In this document: positions 56,061 to 64,000 of the stretch, one piece after another
Layout: each line of letters begins with the position of its first letter
Position numbering within the stretch: position 1 is the stretch's first letter
Assembly: GCF_006345805.1 (NCBI RefSeq)
Contig: NC_043009.1
Span: 4,774,001 to 4,838,000 of the forward strand
DNA length: 64,000 nucleotides
Direction of reading: 5' to 3'
Source of the DNA: Octopus sinensis
Lineage: Eukaryota
Notes under the pieces: generated by a model
What the model saw: the letters and a program-made list of their open reading frames with translations, nothing else
Database searches by the model: none
Told to the model about the DNA's origin: nothing
Program-made: the position numbers and the translations under genes

Positions 56061-56623
56061 GTGTGCGCGCACGCACGTATGATGGCTGCATCACTATAGA
56101 GGTGATGCTATTTGGATGTCATATTTATGGTCTACTGACAGGTTGGCGGTGACTGCTGCTGGTTGATGTTTAATATATTAAGTGCCAACACCAATGGTGG
56201 TGGCCGGGGTGGTGCTGTCTGTGATAACCTTTGTGATGGGGAGGTCTAAAGGTGATTTTTGCAGTCGGTTTAGGCTTCGATTTGGTTCTGTTCGTCAATA
56301 TGTTAATTACAAGTGTTAACTGCGTAGATCTAGGTCAGCCACGATTGGACGATTAAATGATCAAAGACAGTCAAACCATGACCATCTCCGACCATTTTGA
56401 AGATCTACTATATCTAATGCGATATTCGATTATTAATTCGGTTTTGTTGCGATTTCTGTGAATTGCTCTGCTATTTCTCCTACTCCAACGGTCATGTGAC
56501 TCATTCATTCGCTGTTTCAAATAAGGTTCCTGTCTTTTAAGTCATCTTCGTTGTCATCGTCGATATCGTTGTTGTATAAAATCAGATCAGCCATAGTTGA
56601 GCAGTTATATGACTAGCGGGTAC

Positions 56624-57113
56624 TCTCTCTTTTACTCATGGACTGTTGGCCATGCTGGAGCACCGCCTTTAGTCGAGCAAATGGACCTTAGGACTTATTC
56701 TTTGTAAGCCTAGTACTTATTCTATCGGTCTCTTTTGCCGAACCGCTAAGTTACGGGGATGTGAACACACCAGCATCGGTTGTGAAGCGATGTTGGTGGG
56801 ACAAACACAGATACACAAACATATACACACTCATACATACATACATACATACATACATACATACATGCATACATACATACATACATATATATATATATAT
56901 AATATATATATATATATTATATATATATATATATATTATATATATATATATATATACGACGGGCTTCTCTCAATTTCCGTCTACCAAATCCACTCACAAG
57001 GCTTTGGTCGGCCCGAGGCCATTGTAGAAGATACTTGCCCAAGTTGCCACGCAGTGGGACTGAACCCGCAACCATGTGGTTCGTAAGCAAGCTACTTACC
57101 ACTCAGCCACTCC
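56624..57113 (-). mobile_element. SINE family A, full length
   Basis: Reverse complement of 43326-43735 with an expanded (CATA)(TA) middle. Confidence 0.92.
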
Positions 57114-59185
57114 TAAGCCTAGGAACTTTTGTGGTAATAGTCGAAACAACTCGGTTTTAGCCACACAGCTGATTCTTTTGTTAATGTTTCCTCTGAATGA
57201 GAATCCATCAAGAAAGGATGAATTTTATGTGATGCAGTGTTACAGTCTGGTCACACTTCACTCTCTCTGCTGTTCAATTTATTTCAGCATAACTGTAATA
57301 GTCGCAGCGGTGAGGTGGATAAGGTAAATGTTTAGCTGTCGGCAATTACTGTCTCTTTGAATACATTATTATTGGAGTCCAGCGCAGTGCATCGTTTTGT
57401 GCGCGGTTACTATTTATATGTTGGCTATTTCTTCGAAACTAGCTTTCTTACTTTTGAGCATGAATCGGAGGAGATAAGAGTTTTAAGATGTGGATGTGGT
57501 AGTATGATTATGTGTATGCGTCTGAGAGTGTGTATGTATGGATGATTTTTGTGCGTGTGTTGGAGTATGTATGTGTGTGATTGCATGTGCATATGATTGT
57601 ATGTGTCAGTATGAAGGTGCATGTACGGTGTTTCAGTGTTTGATAGTCGTATTTAATGTTCTGTGTGTGTTTGAAGCTGCTTCAGTAACAAACGGCGGCG
57701 AATTGGCAGAGTCGTTAAAGTGTCAGACTGCAGAGCGACGCTCTGCAATTTGAGATCATATCTGAGAGATGTCACCTTTTTCTCGATCATTTCGAAGGAT
57801 CAAACTAAGATGATGCATTAGAAGAAACATAAAAACGTCGGACCAGGTATTTTCAGTTTCGTATCCCGACATGGAACCTTGCTTACCTATAATAGAGTCC
57901 ACTCTCTTGCAAGCAGTCGGGCAAGACTTTTGAGGATATTCTCCAGCCTTTCTGCATTCCATCTTGGCGCTTCTATAACTTCGCATATGCACTGCTTTCC
58001 CTCCTGTTTAAAAAATAAAAAGAAACTAGTCTCGAGTGTCTTTCCTTATAGCATTGTTGCTTTTTTGTGTAAATTCTCTCTGAAATTTGAACATTGCTGA
58101 TTTTGGATTTCGTCACTTCTGGTAACATTAATGGTGTTGATCTTGCATTAGATGTAAGAATTGGTATATATACAAATGATTTTTATGTTTCATTTAAGTT
58201 CTTTATTTTGTTAAGTTTCATACAGCGTTTGATTACACAGTTATGCTCAACTGTGTTATATCTGTGATGAACCAATACCTTATTCAGACCATATTAAACA
58301 ACGAGTACGTCCATTTTAAAGAGTTTGTTTTTCCTTTTTTATTCTTCGTTAGTTAATTAAATTGACTGACTACTGTATAAAATCGAGAGTTTACTTGGAA
58401 GTGCCCATGAAAGTTTTACGGTGGAAAGGCACTCGGGGCTAGTTTCTTTTTACAGTGGTAACTATTTTACAGAAAGTCATCTCTGATTAAGTATGCCTAA
58501 AATCAAATACGTTATTTCCATGACTCTCCGACCCGTTCTTTTGTACAGGTAAGAATAGTCTAGGGGATGTCTCATTCTAAAGATACTAAAGTGTGGTTGG
58601 AGTAAGGTAAGGGAGATAGTTCGAGAAAAACGATTGACTAAGCAGGGAGAAGAAAATTACTCTACAGTTACTGATATTAATATTATTATCTAACCCTGGA
58701 TCATCTCCGTCCGAGAGGAACAATGATCAAAGCGTTCGATGCAAAACGTTTTGCTGGCTTTCATATAGTATGTAAAACAATCATGTGTATTTCTCCGTTA
58801 TACTTCAAACGTTTTAATGTGATTTGAGGAAGATTTGGTTTCTCTTAATAGCAATTCAAGCCGTTACGTAGAGGCTCACTACTTGGATCTGTTTTAAAGC
58901 TGCTAAGAAAGTAGACATATCAATGATACGAAAGTTAGAGTCAGACAAGATAAACAACACTGGTATTACGGTTCATAGAGGTGTTGGGGGCATTCGTGAC
59001 ACTGGCGGTTTTTCTTATAAATATATGATAACCATCGAAAACAGTGACAGTAAATATCAATACAGACTGCGGTATTGTCAGTGAAAATGATGCAGACTGA
59101 TGAGGAATCTCAGGAAATGTGTGCATGTGTGTGTATTTATGTATGTGTATACATATACATCTACACACATACACACACATGCATG

Positions 59186-59236
<51 letters not shown>

Positions 59237-59550
59237 GAATAGACATACTCACACATATACGTGTATTTGTGAATGCATGTGTGTGTGGGTGTTTAGGCTT
59301 AAGAGTGGTTTTAATTGGTGACGATAGTGATTGGTTTATGGAAACGGTGGTAATATATTAATTGATGTGTTATTATTACTGTTGCTGTTGTTAGTTGTTA
59401 TGGATGACGGAGATGAATGATGGTGGTTGTGGTAGTGATGATGATGATGATGTTGATGAAGATGACGACGACGGTAATGGTGATGATGATGATGACGACG
59501 ACAACGACGACGGTAATGGTGATGAAGATGATGATGACGGTGGTAGTGAA

Positions 59551-59600
<50 letters not shown>

Positions 59601-59839
59601 CGTTGATGAAGATAAAGTTGGTGGCAGTGGTAGTGTGCGGACACATCAATAGATAGGAGGAAGCTATACTAATACTAGAAATGTTTTTTTTTTTGTTTTT
59701 CAGAAATTCGCTTTGTAACTTGTCAATGTTGCGTTGCTCTGGTGGTTGTGACATCTGTCTCATATTCGACGGAATTTATCATGCATGCCTGATCAAATGG
59801 GCAAGTTCCAGGGTCTCGAGTGTGACATCTGGGATTCGG

Positions 59840-60600
59840 CTCTTGATCGTATATGAGGCAGAAGTCACAGTAACGCTACTTGATAACCTAGTCAGAAAGA
59901 AGAATTACAACGTGTTATACGAAAGCAACTTCAAAAGACGTTATGGTAACCACCAATCTTTCCGGCACATCGACAAGAGTAAAGCCAATAAATTCGTTAG
60001 CCACGTATCAGGTTTGAAGACCAACCCCACGCTACATGCAATCAAGTGGAGAATCATAGAAAAATCCATGCCATGTATTAATGAATCTAAGAAGTGTTAA
60101 GCGTAGCTGAAAGATTACATATATTTTATAGATTTTAGAATTCCATCAGGTTATTGAATTCCAGATCAGAAATGTTCAGCAAGTGCAAACCTATGGACAA
60201 ATTTCCTTTCGTGAATTTGAGAACAGAACTCCAACCGAACTGAAGAACACTATATCACAAACTTTAGATCTCTTCCATTGATACACCAACTGTATTTATG
60301 GTTTTACGGCCAAAGAGGATATTACTCTAATAGACTCCCGTTTTTAGTGTTCTGTTACATTTGCCCCCTTCTACGTTTTGCATCTAACTTCCTCTCGTAC
60401 TTTTCCCATGATTTCTCTTTTACTATCGTCCCAATTTGTAAATTTTATAGGCCATGTACTCAGAGCCAGCAGACTGCTTGGAGACATTAGGCGTGTTGTT
60501 AAAACCTGCCTCGAACACATCTCCCATGTATGAAACTCTTAGTAACTTATAAAAATAAAAAGGCACACACCATGTAAAAACATCATCTGTCATTAAATAA
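59840..60600 (+). pseudogene. Penelope GIY-YIG endonuclease fragment and downstream pLTR remnant
   Basis: LIVYEAEVT..YESNFKRRYGNHQSFRH..LK..IKWRIIEKSMPC..KKC, later LNSRSEMFSKCK; GAAACTCTTAGTAACT (HHR 3' half) near 60533. Confidence 0.8.
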
Positions 60601-61149
60601 CCAACAGGTCAGGCTGAAGTCTGACCTGGCATGAAAGAGCAATAACAACAGATATCACTGACTGCTAAAAATCCCGTTTGAAAGGAAATAACAATTATAA
60701 ATTACAAATATTTTGCTAACTTGCAATATCAACTACAATTATCGTATGAATTGTTATTTTTGCTCCAATCACACCCACCCAAGCTAAATAATTTACAAAT
60801 AGTTTTATTTTTTAGCCATATGCTTAACCATAGTTTTTCTTATAGGAATAGCTTAAGTAAGCAACTATTTGATGGGTATTTAGTGGCAGTTATAGGCAAT
60901 AGTTGTTTATATTGCCGGTCTCTTTGTGACTATGTGTATAATTGATAGTGTCGATTATTCCTGATAGGCGCCTGGATAAGTTTACACCGATGTTTGTTCA
61001 GCTTACCATATCAATCATTCCTAACCATAATATTCAAATTCTGAATTTCTAGCACATTTTAAATTAAGACAGAACCAGTTTCGACTTGTACTTGTTACTA
61101 TATATAGACACATGAATTCACACACATGCGCACGCACACTCACGCACAC

Positions 61150-61239
<90 letters not shown>

Positions 61240-61309
61240 ATCTATCTATCTATCTATCCATTATCTATCTATCTATCTATCTTCCCATTATCTATCTATC
61301 TATCTATCC

Positions 61310-61408
<99 letters not shown>

Positions 61409-61409
61409 C

Positions 61410-61442
<33 letters not shown>

Positions 61443-61449
61443 CCTACCG

Positions 61450-61503
<54 letters not shown>

Positions 61504-61513
61504 ATATCTATCC

Positions 61514-61598
<85 letters not shown>

Positions 61599-61605
61599 CC
61601 TACCG

Positions 61606-61681
<76 letters not shown>
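61150..61681. repeat. (TATC)n tetranucleotide array
   Basis: About 530 bp; the variant TACCTACCGA recurs at ~61441 and ~61597. Confidence 0.97.
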
Positions 61682-61682
<1 letters not shown>

Positions 61683-61683
<1 letters not shown>

Positions 61684-62070
61684 TCTTTTACACGTTTCAG
61701 ACATTTGACAGCGGGCATGATGGAGCACCGCCTTGAAAGGACTCAGACGAAAAAATCGACCCCAGCACCTATTATGTAAACCTAGTACTTATTCCATCGG
61801 TCTCTTTTGCCGAAATACTAAGTTGCGGGGACATACACACACTACCATCGGCCGTCAAACGATGGAGAGGGGGAACAAACACACACACAAAACACACACA
61901 TAAATATATATAAATGTAGACGACGAGTTTCTTTCAGTTTCTCTCTACCAAATCCACTCACAACAAAGCTCTTTTGACCTGAGGCTATAGCAGAAAACAC
62001 CTGCCTATTATTCCACGCAGTAGTACTTAACTAGGAATCACGTTGTTGGAAAGCAAGCTTCTTACCCCAT
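61683..62070 (-). mobile_element. SINE family A, diverged
   Basis: GGAGCACCGCCTTG, CCTAGTACTTATTCCATCGGTCTCTTTTGCCG, TACCAAATCCACTCACAA. Confidence 0.85.
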
Positions 62071-62090
62071 AAGCATACACATATATATAT

Positions 62091-62293
62091 GTTGATTCGT
62101 TAGCTACTGCACGCATTTTTTTTCTCTCCTTCTGTCTGTGTTTTTCTCTCTCTGTGTATCTTTCTGTTGAAGAGCGTAGGCTCGAAACGTTAAAGACTTG
62201 TTTTATTTATATTTCCTGAGCGCCATACTAATACAATTGTTCGTTTGTTTTCCACCTGCCTTCGTCTTTTGTTTATTTTCATAAAGCTTCCCG

Positions 62294-62296
<3 letters not shown>
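62091..62296 (+). mobile_element. ~205-bp pLTR/retrozyme-like repeat, copy 2, with the A6U hammerhead (62159-62196)
   Basis: TCTTT-CTGTTGA-A-GAGC GTAG GCTC-GAA-ACGT-T-AAAGA; flanked by (TA)n. Confidence 0.85.
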
Positions 62297-62327
<31 letters not shown>

Positions 62328-62737
62328 AATCATTAATATGAGGGAAGTTATTCCCGTGTCCACAAGGGAGAGAAATTCAATTTAGTGGTACTAAAATGAA
62401 TTTCTCGCTGTATTATATACATATATATAGATAGGTTTAAGAGACCGAACCACCTTCAAGCAAATCAATCAACATTGAACAACATTATCTATGTTAGAAA
62501 TATATAAGATTAAATTTCATCAAAATTAATATCTACAATTACTATTGTGAATCTTATATTAAATTACATAGACTACGCGCGTTTCATGACAATATATCTA
62601 TCGGTATTGCTGAAATAGAAGGTCTCAAATTCAATACCTATATATACATATCATATTAGATATATATATATATATATTATATATATTCATTCTTCAGTTG
62701 CTTATTACTATTCTTAATTTTAACTCATGTCCATTGT

Positions 62738-62777
62738 CCGGAAATGTTTCGTCACACATCTGTGATCTTTTCAACGG
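62738..62777 (-). ncRNA. Hammerhead-like motif with a U3:A8 compensatory core
   Basis: CCG-TTGAAAA-G-ATCACA GATG TGTGAC-GAA-ACATTT-C-CGG. Confidence 0.6.
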
Positions 62778-62869
62778 CACTTTCCGTCCTCGAGTGTGCT
62801 CTTGCTCCGCTTAGAAGAACAGAATGTACTATACATACATACATACATACATACATACATACATAAATA

Positions 62870-62933
<64 letters not shown>

Positions 62934-63528
62934 TATTTTTATATACACATAGATACACACATTCATACACATACATATATATCATACATATATATAAATG
63001 CATTCATACGTACATGCATACATATAGATGTGCTGTGTTCCTGATGAATTTATTATTGTTGGGGAGACAATATCTTCTAAGATAAGAAGACATTGTTTCG
63101 TCATTGTCTGCTACATAAAATAAAGTTATTAATGTTTATAATCTTATAATATAGCAATGTTTTGTGGTATTCTATCCTCCTTTGCCATCACCAGCACTGC
63201 ATCAGCTGAGAGAAATAAATTAATTTAAATTCAGCATTCTACAAAGTTTGGTATGAAGAGAAAATACTTTAGAGTGTAAAAAGGCATAAATGAATAATTC
63301 TCATCCTAAATCATTAACTACTTAGTAGTTGACAAAAGAGAAAGGGATAGAGGGAAAGAGAGAGCGAGAGAGAGAGAGAGAGAGAGAAAGAGAGGAGAAA
63401 GAACGAGGGGGAGAGAACAGAAAAGAGAAGAGGGTTCATTTTCTTTCATGCTGGTTAAATATCTCCAAGGGAAGTCCATCGTGTACGATCGATTTTTTAT
63501 ATATATTTAGAGCCATTTCTCTTTTTAC

Positions 63529-63624
63529 CTGCGAACAACTTTCACCAGCCTCTTTTGGTGCATGCTTTCCGGGAACAGATAAAAATTTCCGGGTGTTACT
63601 TCGTTTCGTCCTACCCATCAAGGA
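63529..63624 (-). other. Candidate 96-nt phase-0 internal exon (SLMGRTKRSNTRKFLSVPGKHAPKEAGESCSQ) or STAT/ETS regulatory island
   Basis: Acceptor CTTTTCTAACAG, donor CAG|GTAAAA, open in one frame only; also contains TTCCGGGAA and CCGGAAA. Confidence 0.3.
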
Positions 63625-64000
63625 CTGTTAGAAAAGTCAGGCTTCATGTTCACGTCGCTATAGCTGTTGCCACTAATTTTTCATGAATATTTTGAATTAA
63701 AAGTGACCAGGGGAATTTGAACATCTGATGAGATCGTGGTGATTTTAGCGTTTTAGGTAAAACAATATTTTGTGGCTGAAGTAAAGTTGCGCTCTTTGCA
63801 TCAAAGAGTAAAGAGCATACAAAAATAAATTTTCTATACGTTTGTATCTGTGGGTAACACTATTTTTTCCCCACTGGAATCGTCAGAACGGCAAAACATG
63901 AGACACAATTTAAATAAATTTAATTGAATTCAAAATTCCTGAATTTTCTTATAAAGAGGAAATGGTTTATAAATCAGAAAAAATCATGTTTTGCATTCTA

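Noticed and set aside
57879-58100. VHSLASSRARLL..HLG resembling recombinase box II
   Set aside because: Too weak, with the key Arg missing; probably the antisense of a decayed TE
59097-59125. CTGATGAG..GAAA hammerhead candidate
   Set aside because: No stem II closing onto GAAA and no stem I/III pairing
59395-59652. Asp-rich acidic ORF resembling a biomineral protein
   Set aside because: (GAT)n microsatellite open in several frames; no signal peptide or exon context
63041-63100. CTGATGA hammerhead candidate
   Set aside because: No downstream GAAA on the same strand with paired stems

Overview
AT-rich, microsatellite-saturated metazoan DNA. The SINE repertoire and repeat density point to an octopus (coleoid cephalopod) genome, but this is inference. 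No host protein-coding gene can be firmly identified, and most entries in the ORF track are translated microsatellites. The window looks like a gene desert or very large intron filled with several kinds of mobile element. It holds five tRNA-derived SINE families, one young 5'-truncated R4/Dong-type LINE (intact RT-REL ORF) sitting in a (TAA)n tract, and further Dong fragments. It also holds mariner/maT, Tigger and piggyBac-like DNA elements, RTE and BEL relics, and many Penelope-like element (PLE) fragments. The most interesting signal is a set of minimal type-I hammerhead ribozyme (HHR) motifs from at least five unrelated short repeat families, mostly in or beside (TA)n tracts. Several carry non-canonical catalytic cores (A6U, U4C, U3:A8, G3). 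One sits downstream of a tRNA-like Pol III head with a PLE-style inverted end, a possible Penelope-mobilised ribozyme SINE. Unique CpG-containing islands between microsatellites may be cis-regulatory, and one candidate micro-exon/promoter and one 96-nt exon are noted at low confidence.
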